From contig WANW01000029.1 in assembly GCA_015521615.1 (NCBI GenBank), forward strand, positions 1-46,480: a DNA stretch of 46,480 nucleotides, written 5' to 3'. A program made the position numbers and the translations under genes. Shown here in pieces: positions 28,790-38,061 of the stretch (position 1 is its first letter; the number at the start of each line of letters is the position of its first letter). A model generated the notes under the pieces. The model was not told where the DNA came from. It worked only from the letters and a program-made list of their open reading frames with translations, and did no database searches. This DNA comes from Candidatus Hydrothermarchaeota archaeon. GTDB lineage: Archaea > Hydrothermarchaeota > Hydrothermarchaeia > Hydrothermarchaeales > BMS3B.

Positions 28790-28819
28790 AACTATCTTTT
28801 CTCCTGGAAGGATAAAAGC

Positions 28820-30019
28820 TTAACCCGGGCTGTACGCCAGGCCAAGCACGCGGTCTAAGTCGAGGAGCACACTCCTCACCTCCTCCACCTCCTCTCCGCT
28901 TAGCTTAGTTTCAAGCATCTCCTCCACAAAGCCCCAGTAGACGGCGAGCGCCCTCTCCACGTCGAGGTCGTCCCTCATCGCGCTCTCAAACTCTCGCCTG
29001 AGGCTCTCAATGGCGGTGCGTATTCGCACCCTCATCCCGCCCCTTCGCTCCGGCGCTTTGCCGAGCAGCTCGTCCAGAGCCTTAAGCTTTGTCCTCACAA
29101 TCTCGAGCTTTTCGAAGGTGAAGTCCAGGTGCCTGCGGTAGTGCTCCTGGAGTAGCAACAGGCGGACCTCGCGGGGTGAGTATCCCTGCCTCAGAATCTC
29201 CTCAAGGGTGTGGTAGTTGCGCAGCGTCTTGCTCATCTTGCGCCCGTGCCACAGCAGGTGCTTCACGTGCACGAAATACTTCACCTCCCCTCCCACAGCC
29301 TCGCACAGGGCTAAGCTGTTCTCGTGGTGGGGGAAGACCAGGTCCTCCCCTCCCGAGACGATGTCAACCCGCTCGCCCAGGTAGCGAAGGCTCAGCGCCG
29401 CGCACTCCACATGCCACCCCGGTCTGCCCCTCCCCAGGCGGCTCTCCCAGCAGAAGCTCTCGTCCGCGCTGCACCTTATCCAGAGCGCAAAGTGCTTCGC
29501 CTCGTCGTAGTCCTCTCGCACCGTCTTTGCTCTCAGGCGACGCTTCGGCCTCTTCCCCGAAAGCCTGCCGTAGCGCGTGCTGAGCACGTCGAAGAAGACG
29601 TTGCCCTTCTCATCTCTGAAGGCGTGTCCCCGCTCAAGGAGCCTCTCAGCCAGCTCAGCCATCGCCGGGATGTGCTCCCTCGCAGAGGGGTAGTGCTCCG
29701 CCCTCTTAATATTCAGGAGCTCAATATCCCGGAAGAAAGCTTGGGTGTACTTCCGGGTAATCTCCTCCAGCGCAACGCGCTTTCGCCTGGCACGCTCTAT
29801 CGTCTTTTCGTCCACATCAGTTATGTTCATCACGTGAAGCACGCGGTAGCCGAGATACTCTAAAAACCGCCGCAGCAGGTCCTGCGCCACAAAGGTGCGG
29901 AAGTTGCCCACGTGGGCGTAATCGTGCACCGTTGGACCGCAGGTGTAGAGGCGCACCTCCCCCTCGCGGAAGGGCGTAAAACGCTCTTTCCTGCGCGTCA
30001 GCGTGTTGTACAGCAGCAT
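28820..30019 (-). CDS. Cysteine-tRNA ligase-like protein, short (MshC-like architecture)
   Basis: CGPTV, HVGN, GRPGWHVEC, FPHHEN, KMSKT, DALR-like helices; ends at 399 aa. Confidence 0.85.
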   Translation of the reverse strand: MLLYNTLTRRKERFTPFREGEVRLYTCGPTVHDYAHVGNFRTFVAQDLLRRFLEYLGYRVLHVMNITDVDEKTIERARRKRVALEEITRKYTQAFFRDIELLNIKRAEHYPSAREHIPAMAELAERLLERGHAFRDEKGNVFFDVLSTRYGRLSGKRPKRRLRAKTVREDYDEAKHFALWIRCSADESFCWESRLGRGRPGWHVECAALSLRYLGERVDIVSGGEDLVFPHHENSLALCEAVGGEVKYFVHVKHLLWHGRKMSKTLRNYHTLEEILRQGYSPREVRLLLLQEHYRRHLDFTFEKLEIVRTKLKALDELLGKAPERRGGMRVRIRTAIESLRREFESAMRDDLDVERALAVYWGFVEEMLETKLSGEEVEEVRSVLLDLDRVLGLAYSPG

Positions 30020-30097
30020 CCTAATAGCTCAACAAGCTACCGTCGTAATCAGAAAGTTTATTATTGTCAGCTTCCTTTTAATCCCCGAGGGAAGCGC

Positions 30098-30814
30098 ATG
30101 ATTATCACAAGGCAGAAGCCCATGAAGGAGATACTGGAGATGCTCTCCCCCTACAGGGGGGTGGCTCTCCTCGGATGCGGGGGCTGCGTGGCCTTCTACC
30201 AGACAGGTGGAGCCAAGCAGACAAAGGAGATGGCAGAAAAGCTTCGCGAGGCTGGAGTCAGCGTCGTTGCTCTGGGCATAGCCAACAGGCAGTGCTACCT
30301 GTGCGAGGAGCGCGAGGTCGCAGGCTTGAGCGACGCGGAGAGGATAAGAAAGGTTGCGCGCGAGCTTGAGGGCTTCTCAGAGCTCGAGAATGCCGAGGCG
30401 GTGCTCAGCCTGGCCTGCGGCGTTGGTGTGCAGAACCTGGCGAACATCTTAGATATTCCCGTTCTGCCCGCGCAGAACACCCTCTTCATGGGGCGGCGCA
30501 GGGTTGAGGGCGACTTCGACCTGGAGCAGTGCGTGGGCTGCGGGGACTGCATCCTCGCCTTCACAGGCGGCATCTGCCCCGTGACGCGCTGTGCCAAGTC
30601 GCTGATGAACGGCCCCTGCGGCGGGGTTTTCAACGGAATGTGCGAGGTGAGCAAGAGCAGGGTTGTTGAACATGCTGTACCCTGCGCCTGGATAGAGATA
30701 TACAACAAGCTCAAAAAGCAAGGCAGGGTGGATGAGCTGCGCAGGATACGCCCGCCCAAGGACTTCACCAAGGCGGCGAACATGCGAAAGGTTGCGTGGG
30801 GGGTGCAGAAGTGA
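30098..30814 (+). CDS. metV: MetV (MTHFR C-terminal-like Fe-S/Zn subunit)
   Basis: GCGGC, ACGVGVQ, CVGCGDC, CPVTRCAKSLMNGPCGG, CAW. Confidence 0.88.
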   Translation: MIITRQKPMKEILEMLSPYRGVALLGCGGCVAFYQTGGAKQTKEMAEKLREAGVSVVALGIANRQCYLCEEREVAGLSDAERIRKVARELEGFSELENAEAVLSLACGVGVQNLANILDIPVLPAQNTLFMGRRRVEGDFDLEQCVGCGDCILAFTGGICPVTRCAKSLMNGPCGGVFNGMCEVSKSRVVEHAVPCAWIEIYNKLKKQGRVDELRRIRPPKDFTKAANMRKVAWGVQK

Positions 30815-31698
30815 AGGAGGTTTACAGCAACTTCATGCGCAGCCTTTTAAGCAGCGAGTTCACCATAAGCGGGGAGATAGACCCGCCCAAGGATGCGAAC
30901 CGCACCGCAGTGGAGGAGCAGGTGAGGCACCTCAAGGAGCACGTGGTGGCGGCAAACGTCACCGACAACCCGATAGGCGACGTGATAATGAACACCCTGG
31001 CGCCCTGCGTTATAATGCAGGAGCTGGGCTTAGAGGCGATTTACCAGGCGACCTGCAGGGACCGCAACAGGATAGCGCTTCAGAGCGACATAATAGGTGC
31101 GGCCGCGCTGGGAATAAAGAATGTACTCGCTCTCACCGGTGACCACCCAAAGATGGGCAACCATCCCCAGGCGAAGCCGGTGTTCGATCTGGATTCAGTG
31201 CTTCTTACCCAGGTGCTGCGAAGGCTGCGCGAGGGTGAGAACATGGCGGGCGAGAAGCTGGAGCACCCGCCGAAGATACACATAGGCGTCGGCCTCAGCC
31301 CGGGCGTTGAGCCGCTTGAGCCGGAGATTATAAAGCTGGAGAAGAAGATTGAGGCAGGCGCAGAATTTGTGCAGACCCAGTGCATCTACGACGAGAAGGT
31401 GCTGGAGCGCCTTAAGGAGGCGACCTCCCACCTGGACGTCCCCATCCTGCCGGGAATAGCGCCGCTGCGCAGCGTTGGAATGGCTAAGTTCATGCTCGCC
31501 AACGTGCCCGGGATAAGCATCCCCGAGGAGATGATGAAGAAGCTTGAGAGCAGCAGCAACCTCACCGAGACGGCGATAGACATTGCAGCAGAGCTTATCT
31601 CTGCCGTCAAGGACTACGGCTTCCCCGGAGTGCACATAATGCCGGTGGGCATGGACAAGTACGTGGGCGAGATGATCGCGAGAAGTGGTGTGAGATAG
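30811..31698 (+). CDS. metF: Methylenetetrahydrofolate reductase
   Basis: EIDPPK, TDNP, TCRDRNRIALQS, LTGDHP, QTQ, HIM; GTG overlaps the metV stop. Confidence 0.92.
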   Translation: MKEVYSNFMRSLLSSEFTISGEIDPPKDANRTAVEEQVRHLKEHVVAANVTDNPIGDVIMNTLAPCVIMQELGLEAIYQATCRDRNRIALQSDIIGAAALGIKNVLALTGDHPKMGNHPQAKPVFDLDSVLLTQVLRRLREGENMAGEKLEHPPKIHIGVGLSPGVEPLEPEIIKLEKKIEAGAEFVQTQCIYDEKVLERLKEATSHLDVPILPGIAPLRSVGMAKFMLANVPGISIPEEMMKKLESSSNLTETAIDIAAELISAVKDYGFPGVHIMPVGMDKYVGEMIARSGVR

Positions 31699-31702
31699 AG
31701 GA

Positions 31703-31951
31703 ATGACAAGGCTGCGCAGGCGCGATGACGGGAGCTACGAGCTCGACCTGAGAGAGTATGATGACTTCTGGCTCGGGGTTTACATCTCCCAGTACTTCAG
31801 GCGCTTCAGGAGTGGAGACATGGTGGAGCTGATCTTCGACGACCTCAGCGTTGAGGAGGGCGCAATAACGGCGCTGCAGGAGTGGGGCTACCGCCTGCTT
31901 GAGCGAAGCCAGCGCGGCAAGGACGTTCATCTCGTGGTGGAGAAGATATAA
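31703..31951 (+). CDS. TusA/SirA-fold protein lacking the catalytic Cys
   Basis: LDLR...GDMVELIFDD...GYRLL...HLVVEK pattern; CPxP replaced; no Cys in the protein. Confidence 0.55.
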   Translation: MTRLRRRDDGSYELDLREYDDFWLGVYISQYFRRFRSGDMVELIFDDLSVEEGAITALQEWGYRLLERSQRGKDVHLVVEKI

Positions 31952-31982
31952 GCCTGCCTTCGTTATCTTTTCCTTCCCGCCT

Positions 31983-33137
31983 GTGCAGGAGAAGGGCAGA
32001 AGCGAGGAGGAGGTAAGAAGCCTCCTGCGGGAGGCGAGGAGGAAGGACCTGAGCTACGCCAGCGGGCGCATCCTCAGCTCGATGTGCACCTCCCCTCTGG
32101 AGGTGGCCTCGCGCGCCTTCTGCGAGTTCCTGGAGACCAACCTGGGTGACCCAGGGTTATTCCCTGGCACGCGCGAGCTTGAGGAGCGCGCGGTTAGGGC
32201 GATTGCCTCTCTCCTGGGCTGCGTCGAGGCGAAGGGCTTTATAGTGAGCGGGGGCACGGAGGCGAACATCACCGCCCTGTTCGCCGCGCGGGAGGCGGCA
32301 AAGCGCTCAAGGCCGGAGGTGGTTGTGCCAGAGACTGCGCACTTCTCCTTCGAGAAGGCTGCGCGGATGCTTGGCTTGAGGCTGGTGAAGGCGAGGGTGG
32401 GCGAGGACAACACCGTCATCGTCGAAGACGTGGAGAGAAGGATAACCCGGAGCACAGTGGCAATCGTGGGTATAGCCGGCAACACGGAGTATGGCGCTGT
32501 CGACAACATCCCCGCCCTGAGCGAGATTGCGCAGGAGCACGGGCTCTACCTCCACGTGGATGCCGCCTTCGGGGGCTTTGTGCTCCCCTTCCTCAAGGAG
32601 CTGGGCTTCCCGGCGCGGGAGTTCGACTTTTCCCTCGGGGGAGTGTGCTCCATAACGGTGGACCCCCACAAGATGGGTCTCGCTCCCGTGCCGAGCGGCT
32701 GCATACTCTTCCGCGATCCCGGCTACCTGGAGCTGCTGCAGGTGGAGTCGCCCTACCTCACGCAGCCAAGGCAGTGCACCCTCCTGGGGACAAGGAGCGG
32801 CGCCAGTGCAGCGGCAGTCTTCGCGGCGCTCACCTTTTTGGGTAAGGAAGGGTACCGCAGGGTGGTGAAGCGCTGCATGGAGACCACGCTCTACCTGCGC
32901 GACGGTCTCAGGAGTTTAGGCATGCACGTGCACGAGCCCTGGATGAACCTCCTGGTCTTTGACCACCCACGCAGGCGGGAGATAGCTCAAGAATTGCGCT
33001 CCAGAGGCTGGGCGATTTCTCGAACGCGTCGCGGGGAGATACGCCTGGTGATAATGCCCCACGTTAAGAGGGAGCACGCGGAGAAGTTCCTCAGCGACGT
33101 GGAGGAGGTTGCTGAGAAGCTTAAGAAAAGCCGATGA
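31983..33137 (+). CDS. mfnA: L-tyrosine/L-aspartate decarboxylase
   Basis: ILSSMCT, TNLGDPGLFPGT, HVDAAFGG, DPHK PLP lysine; GTG-QEKG start inferred from family N-terminus. Confidence 0.92.
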   Translation: MQEKGRSEEEVRSLLREARRKDLSYASGRILSSMCTSPLEVASRAFCEFLETNLGDPGLFPGTRELEERAVRAIASLLGCVEAKGFIVSGGTEANITALFAAREAAKRSRPEVVVPETAHFSFEKAARMLGLRLVKARVGEDNTVIVEDVERRITRSTVAIVGIAGNTEYGAVDNIPALSEIAQEHGLYLHVDAAFGGFVLPFLKELGFPAREFDFSLGGVCSITVDPHKMGLAPVPSGCILFRDPGYLELLQVESPYLTQPRQCTLLGTRSGASAAAVFAALTFLGKEGYRRVVKRCMETTLYLRDGLRSLGMHVHEPWMNLLVFDHPRRREIAQELRSRGWAISRTRRGEIRLVIMPHVKREHAEKFLSDVEEVAEKLKKSR

Positions 33138-33162
33138 TACGCCACCAAAAAATATTTATGAT

Positions 33163-33243
33163 GTAGATTTGCTGACAAAGAAATCCATAAGCCCCTATCT
33201 TATTGAAAGAATCGAAAAAGAAGCCCGGGTGATTTTTGGATGA
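33163..33243 (+). pseudogene. MNT antitoxin C-terminal remnant
   Basis: VDLLTKKSISPYLIERIEKEARVIFG*; no N-terminal GS/DxD part; stop overlaps the next ATG. Confidence 0.65.
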
Positions 33244-33380
33244 AAAAAGATGATACAGTGTATTTAAGAGATAAGCTAATACACGGCTACTTTGGCGTTG
33301 ACCTGGATGTCGTATGGGAGACTGCCACTAGGGACATTTACGATTTAGAAGCGAAAATCAAAATGTTGATTAAGCAGTAA
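33240..33380 (+). pseudogene. HepT/DUF86 toxin with large internal in-frame deletion
   Basis: MKKDDTVYL joined directly to RDKLIHGYFGVDLDVVW (Rx4HxY motif); only 46 aa. Confidence 0.75.
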
Positions 33381-34622
33381 CTACTCGTAAATCCCCCTGA
33401 GCTCCCTCACCTTAGCCACGCGCTCAACCGCGAGCAGGTAGGCGGCGAGGCGAAGGCTTATCTCCTCCCGCTCAGCCCGCGAAAAAACCTCCTCGAAGCT
33501 CCTGCTCATAACCCTTTCCAGCTCCGTGTTGAAGCGCTCCTCGCTCCAGTAGAAGCCGTTTCTGTTCTGCACCCACTCGAAGTAGCTCCCCGTAACTCCA
33601 CCCGCGTTGGCGAGGATGTCGGGCACCACAACAACGCCCCGCTCTTCCAGGATTCTATCAGCACTAGGCGTAACCGGGCCGTTTGCCCCTTCCACCACCA
33701 TCTTTGCATTAACATCGTCGGCGTTTCTGCGGGTTATAACGCGCTCAAGCGCGGCCGGCACCAGGATGTCCACCTCCAGGCTAAGAAGCTCCTCATTTGT
33801 AATCTCCTTCGCCCCCGGGAAGCCCATCACGCTCCCGTGCTTAAGCTTGTGCTCCAGCACCGCCTCAGGCTTGAGGCCGCTCTCACAGAAGATTCCACCC
33901 TTCGAGTCGCTCACCGCAAGAATGCGGTAGCCCGCCTCGTGCAGCAGCTTAGCTGAATGGTAGCCCACGTTTCCAAAGCCCTGCACAGCGGCGCACCTGC
34001 AGCTTAGCCCAAGTCGCTCAGCAGCGGCCCTCGCAACCGTGGCAACGCCCCTCCCGGTGGCAGCTTCTCTACCCGGAGCGCCGCCTATCTCCACCGGCTT
34101 GCCGGTGACCACTGCGGGCACGGGATAGCCCACGTGTGCCGAGTAGGTGTCCATAATCCACGCCATTACCCGCGCATTGGTATAAACATCCGGCGCCGGT
34201 ATGTCGCGCTCTGGGCCAATAAAGTCCATTATCCGCGAGGTGTAAGTGCGGGTGAGTCTCTCAAGTTCTGCTTGGGAAAGCTCCTTTACGTTTACTGCAA
34301 CGCCGCCCTTTGCCCCGCCGAAGGGAATCCCGACGACAGCGCACTTCCATGTCATCCACATCGCCAGCGCTTTGACCTCGCTGAGGGTGAGTTCGGGATG
34401 GTAGCGTATGCCTCCCTTGAAGGGCCCCCTCGCATTGTTGTGCTGCACCCTGTAGCCGGTGAACACTCGAATCTCGCCGTTGTCCAGGCGGAGGGGCACA
34501 GAGACCTCGATGACACGCTGGGGCTGCTTGAGAACCTCGCATATCCCACGCTCAAGCTCGAGCAAGCTGCACGCCTCGGTAAGCTGCCTCACCGCCATTT
34601 CGTAGGAATTGTTACCGCCCAT
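33381..34622 (-). CDS. gdhA: Glutamate dehydrogenase
   Basis: GPFKGGIRYHP, FGGAKGG, DIPAPD, GFGNVG, EGANGP. Confidence 0.93.
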   Translation of the reverse strand: MGGNNSYEMAVRQLTEACSLLELERGICEVLKQPQRVIEVSVPLRLDNGEIRVFTGYRVQHNNARGPFKGGIRYHPELTLSEVKALAMWMTWKCAVVGIPFGGAKGGVAVNVKELSQAELERLTRTYTSRIMDFIGPERDIPAPDVYTNARVMAWIMDTYSAHVGYPVPAVVTGKPVEIGGAPGREAATGRGVATVARAAAERLGLSCRCAAVQGFGNVGYHSAKLLHEAGYRILAVSDSKGGIFCESGLKPEAVLEHKLKHGSVMGFPGAKEITNEELLSLEVDILVPAALERVITRRNADDVNAKMVVEGANGPVTPSADRILEERGVVVVPDILANAGGVTGSYFEWVQNRNGFYWSEERFNTELERVMSRSFEEVFSRAEREEISLRLAAYLLAVERVAKVRELRGIYE

Positions 34623-34693
34623 CCACCTCTTCTGTAACTCAACAGCAAAGTTTTTATCTTTTGTGGTTTAATAATTGAGAGAGGAGGGAAGAG

Positions 34694-35071
34694 GTGGAAA
34701 TTCTACTCGTTGATGATGAAAGGGTGACGGGCAGGCTGGTAAAGAAACTGCTGGAAAGGTATGGATACAGCGTTAGGGTTGTTAATTCTGGGGATGAAGC
34801 TCTGGCTCTGCTCAAGTCGGGCTACAAGCCAGCGCTCATCCTAATGGATGTATTCATGCCGGAGATGAGCGGAATAGAGGTAAGCAAAAAGATAAAGGCC
34901 AACCCTGCCACCACCGGTATACCCCTGCTGCTTTTTACAGTCCTTGGCCTGGTACCCGGAATAAGACATGCTATTAAAGAAAGTGGTGCCGATGACTATG
35001 TGGCAAAACCCTTTGAGAAAGACACTCTCCTGAAGAAAATAAGGCATCATATCACTAAAACTACTTCCTGA
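34694..35071 (+). CDS. Single-domain response regulator
   Basis: LVDDE, MDVFMP, KPF. Confidence 0.92.
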   Translation: MEILLVDDERVTGRLVKKLLERYGYSVRVVNSGDEALALLKSGYKPALILMDVFMPEMSGIEVSKKIKANPATTGIPLLLFTVLGLVPGIRHAIKESGADDYVAKPFEKDTLLKKIRHHITKTTS

Positions 35072-35489
35072 GAAGCTCAGTGTACTTCTTTAAATTCTTG
35101 CTGCTTTCAAAAGCAGATGAAAGGCTCACAAGATACTCCCCATCCTCACCTGCGACAATTATCGGCTCTTTCATCATCAAGCTTGCGATGTCGATCTCAT
35201 ACACACCATCCTTGACCTTGATATTCCAGATATCCCCCTTAGGCTTTCCTGAAACCTTCGCCTTAAGCTTCTGCCACCCGCTCCTCCGTTTTTTCTCTGC
35301 CTCATGTATTATCTCAGCAAATCTCTTACTCGCCACCCTCCTGAGCTTCTTTTCCTTAAGCTGGGTGGCTTCGCTGGAAGAGAGCTTCCTGAAATACAGG
35401 AACATGCGGTTCCCGCATTCACACCCTCTCAAAACTCTTTCATCGTCCTCCTGGTAGATTTTACCACACCGGGTGCACTTATGGGGCGT
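35061..35489 (-). CDS. oapC: OapC/DUF2072 zinc-ribbon protein (apparent ACG start)
   Basis: (ACG)PHKCTRCG...GCECGNRMFLY, GVYEIDI, GEYLV; third gene of the oap cluster. Confidence 0.8.
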   Translation of the reverse strand, partial: TPHKCTRCGKIYQEDDERVLRGCECGNRMFLYFRKLSSSEATQLKEKKLRRVASKRFAEIIHEAEKKRRSGWQKLKAKVSGKPKGDIWNIKVKDGVYEIDIASLMMKEPIIVAGEDGEYLVSLSSAFESSKNLKKYTELLRK

Positions 35490-35491
35490 TT

Positions 35492-35899
35492 CTATTTCCC
35501 TCCTTTCTTCTTCCTTCCCCTCTTCCTCTTTTCCTCCTCAGGCACATCCACCTTCGCGAGCATGGAAATGTAGTCAGGCTCCCGCTTTATCGCCTCTATT
35601 AAGCGGGTGGGTCCAACTATGGTTAAGCCGTGCCTTCTACCAGCGATATACTCGGCTATCTTCTCACGCAGCCCCTTTGCGCGCGAGTCTATACGATAAA
35701 ATTCTATGCCATGAAATTCCTCTGTATCTATCTCGCGCATCGTGGCCTCAATAAGCTCTGCCTCTTCCTGTGGCTCCAGCGCCTCCTCGAGCACTACGAT
35801 AATGTTTCTCTTAATCTTGTCAAGAATGAAACTGATCTTTTCGGCACTGCCCTTCCTCGCAAGGGTTTCCGCACTCACAAAATCCAGTTGGATCTCCAT
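35492..35899 (-). CDS. oapB: OapB/DUF2073 protein
   Basis: EKISFILD, LEPQEEAELIEATM, FHGIE, LTIVGP. Confidence 0.88.
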   Translation of the reverse strand: MEIQLDFVSAETLARKGSAEKISFILDKIKRNIIVVLEEALEPQEEAELIEATMREIDTEEFHGIEFYRIDSRAKGLREKIAEYIAGRRHGLTIVGPTRLIEAIKREPDYISMLAKVDVPEEEKRKRGRKKKGGK

Positions 35900-35908
35900 A
35901 GCTCCACC

Positions 35909-36556
35909 TCAGGTAAGGTGTTCCTGAATAGCCTCGTACAGCTTCTCTATGTTCTCCCCCGTGGCGGCGCTTATTGGCACCACAACATGCTGCGGAAAGG
36001 CATTTGCTATGCTCTCGGGCTGTGCTTCGGGCAGGTCTATCTTGTTTGCCACAATTATCATTGGTATCCCCCTCGCTTCCAGATTGCCTATAATCGTAAC
36101 ATTTACCTGGGTATAGGGGTCCTGGGTGGAGTCAAGCACCACAAGAACTGCGTCGACATTATCCAGCCATTTTATCGCTTCTATTACACCCTTCGTGGCT
36201 TCTCTTGCCCTTGCCTTTGCCTCTTCCTCACTCATGCCAAAAGCCTTGAAGCTCTTGTAGTCTACCTGCGTGGCTATGCCTGGCATGTCCACAATGTTCA
36301 TTCTCAGCTCTCCATTGTTCGTTGTAACAACAATATTCTCAATCTTCTGCACATGCCTGGTCTCATGGGGCACCTCCGAAACGGTGCCCACCTCCTTGCC
36401 CAGCCAGTCCAGAGAGATGCGATTCGCCAGCGTTGTCTTACCCGCGTTGACAGGACCGTAAAACCCCAGCTGTATCTGCTTCTTCCTCTTGAATATCTTA
36501 AGAAGTTTCCGTAGGCTCTTTTTGAGCTCGCTTAACATGGTGATACCTCTTTTCAT
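35909..36556 (-). CDS. oapA: OapA Era-like GTP-binding protein
   Basis: [28 protein letters not shown]; start may be ATG 36538. Confidence 0.9.
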   Translation of the reverse strand: MKRGITMLSELKKSLRKLLKIFKRKKQIQLGFYGPVNAGKTTLANRISLDWLGKEVGTVSEVPHETRHVQKIENIVVTTNNGELRMNIVDMPGIATQVDYKSFKAFGMSEEEAKARAREATKGVIEAIKWLDNVDAVLVVLDSTQDPYTQVNVTIIGNLEARGIPMIIVANKIDLPEAQPESIANAFPQHVVVPISAATGENIEKLYEAIQEHLT

Positions 36557-36602
36557 TAGATTTTTATTGTAGATTTATATAGGTTGTGGTAGAGGTGTTC
36601 AC

Positions 36603-37400
36603 ATGAGGCTTAACCCGGACGAGGAGGAGCTGGAGCGCGCAAGGCGGGAGATAGTGAGTTTTATCCGTGAGGAGGTGACCAGCGCTGGTGCTGAAGGCGG
36701 CGTATTGGGAATAAGTGGGGGGATAGACTCTGCCCTGACGGCGGCACTCGCTAAGGAGGCGCTTGGCAATAAACTTCTCGCGTTGATAATGCCGGAGCAC
36801 GGGGTTACAAGAGAGGAGGACGTGAGGGACGCGGAGGAACTCGCCTCCAGGCTGGGAATAGACTACCACGTGGTGGAGATTTCAGAGAGCGTGGCCAAGG
36901 TGCTGCACGGCTTCCCCTTTGACGCCTTCCCGGAGGAGCGGAGGAAGCTAGCTGTTGCCAACGTAAAGCCCAGACTGAGGATGATCAACCTCTACCTGGC
37001 AGCGAACCTGAGCAACCGCCTGGTGATTGGCACCGGCAACAAGACGGAGCTACTGCTGGGCTACTTCACCAAGTACGGCGATGGTGGCGTTGATATGCTG
37101 CCCATAGGCGGGCTATACAAGACACAGGTGCGCGCCCTCGCGAGGTACGTGGGCATACCCGAGAAGATAATCCGCAAGACCCCCAGCGCGGGGCTGTGGC
37201 GCGGTCAGGAGGACGAGGCGGAGCTGGGGATGAACTACTCAGAGCTCGACCGCATACTCTACGCGCTGTATGAGGAGAAGCTCTCACCCGAGCAGGCTGC
37301 AGAGAGGCTGGGGATAGGCGTGGAGAAGGTGCTCACCGTGGAAGCAAGGGTTAAAGCGAATGAGCACAAGCGCAGGATGCCAAGGATAAAGGAGTTTTAG
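36603..37400 (+). CDS. nadE: NH3-dependent NAD+ synthetase
   Basis: SGGIDS, GYFTKYGDG, PSAGLW, HKR. Confidence 0.96.
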   Translation: MRLNPDEEELERARREIVSFIREEVTSAGAEGGVLGISGGIDSALTAALAKEALGNKLLALIMPEHGVTREEDVRDAEELASRLGIDYHVVEISESVAKVLHGFPFDAFPEERRKLAVANVKPRLRMINLYLAANLSNRLVIGTGNKTELLLGYFTKYGDGGVDMLPIGGLYKTQVRALARYVGIPEKIIRKTPSAGLWRGQEDEAELGMNYSELDRILYALYEEKLSPEQAAERLGIGVEKVLTVEARVKANEHKRRMPRIKEF

Positions 37401-37988
37401 CTACTCAATAGTCGCGTGCCTGGTGCGCATCTCCTCTTCGGTCTTGCCCAGCCTCACCATGAGCTCCACAATAAGCGCATCAAGGAAGATGAGCACCGCT
37501 ATCTCAAAGAGCGTGCCCAAGGGCGCCAGCGGATAGTGCTCCCCCTTTATCTGGCGCATCACGAAGTCCTTCTCTCCCCTCAGCTTTGTCCTGCCCTTGA
37601 CCACCACCACAATATCCGCTAACCTACCAAGGGAGGAATTGGGGTAGGTGGTGATGAGCGCCACCTTTGCACCGACGTTCTTTGCTATCTTTGCGGCGTT
37701 CACAACACTTGTGGTCTCACCCGAGCCTGAGATGGTTATCAGAAGGTCCTCTTTCTCTATAGCAGGGGTTATAATTTCTCCAACCACAAAGACGTTTATG
37801 CCTAGATGCATGAGGCGCATGGCGAAGGCTTTGGCCACTAGGCCACTCCTGCCAGCGCCGTACACAAAAACCTTCTTAGATGAGAGTATTGCATCAATGA
37901 GCGCCTCCACCTCCTCCTCTCCGAGTTCTTCAGCCACATCCTCAACGTGCTTGGTTATGGTGAAAATGGCATCCTTCAAAACTTCCAT
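37401..37988 (-). CDS. hxlB: 6-phospho-3-hexuloisomerase (SIS domain)
   Basis: GAGRSG, FAMRLMHLG, SGSGET, PLGTLFE; TATA-like TTTATAA ~22 nt upstream of ATG 37988 suggests a leaderless mRNA. Confidence 0.9.
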   Translation of the reverse strand: MEVLKDAIFTITKHVEDVAEELGEEEVEALIDAILSSKKVFVYGAGRSGLVAKAFAMRLMHLGINVFVVGEIITPAIEKEDLLITISGSGETTSVVNAAKIAKNVGAKVALITTYPNSSLGRLADIVVVVKGRTKLRGEKDFVMRQIKGEHYPLAPLGTLFEIAVLIFLDALIVELMVRLGKTEEEMRTRHATIE

Positions 37989-38061
37989 GCATGCAAGTTG
38001 CGCTTCCCAATTATAAATTTTTTCCGGGCCGGCGGACACATGTTAAAATTTAAGTATAATT

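Noticed and set aside
34694-35071. Response regulator as cognate partner of the 9.5-12.6 kb kinase
   Set aside because: 22 kb apart with no sequence evidence of pairing
35630-36514. 294-aa plus-strand ORF
   Set aside because: Antisense shadow of oapA/oapB
35061-36602. Replication origin near oapABC
   Set aside because: No cdc6/orc1, ORB repeats or long AT-rich intergenic region nearby
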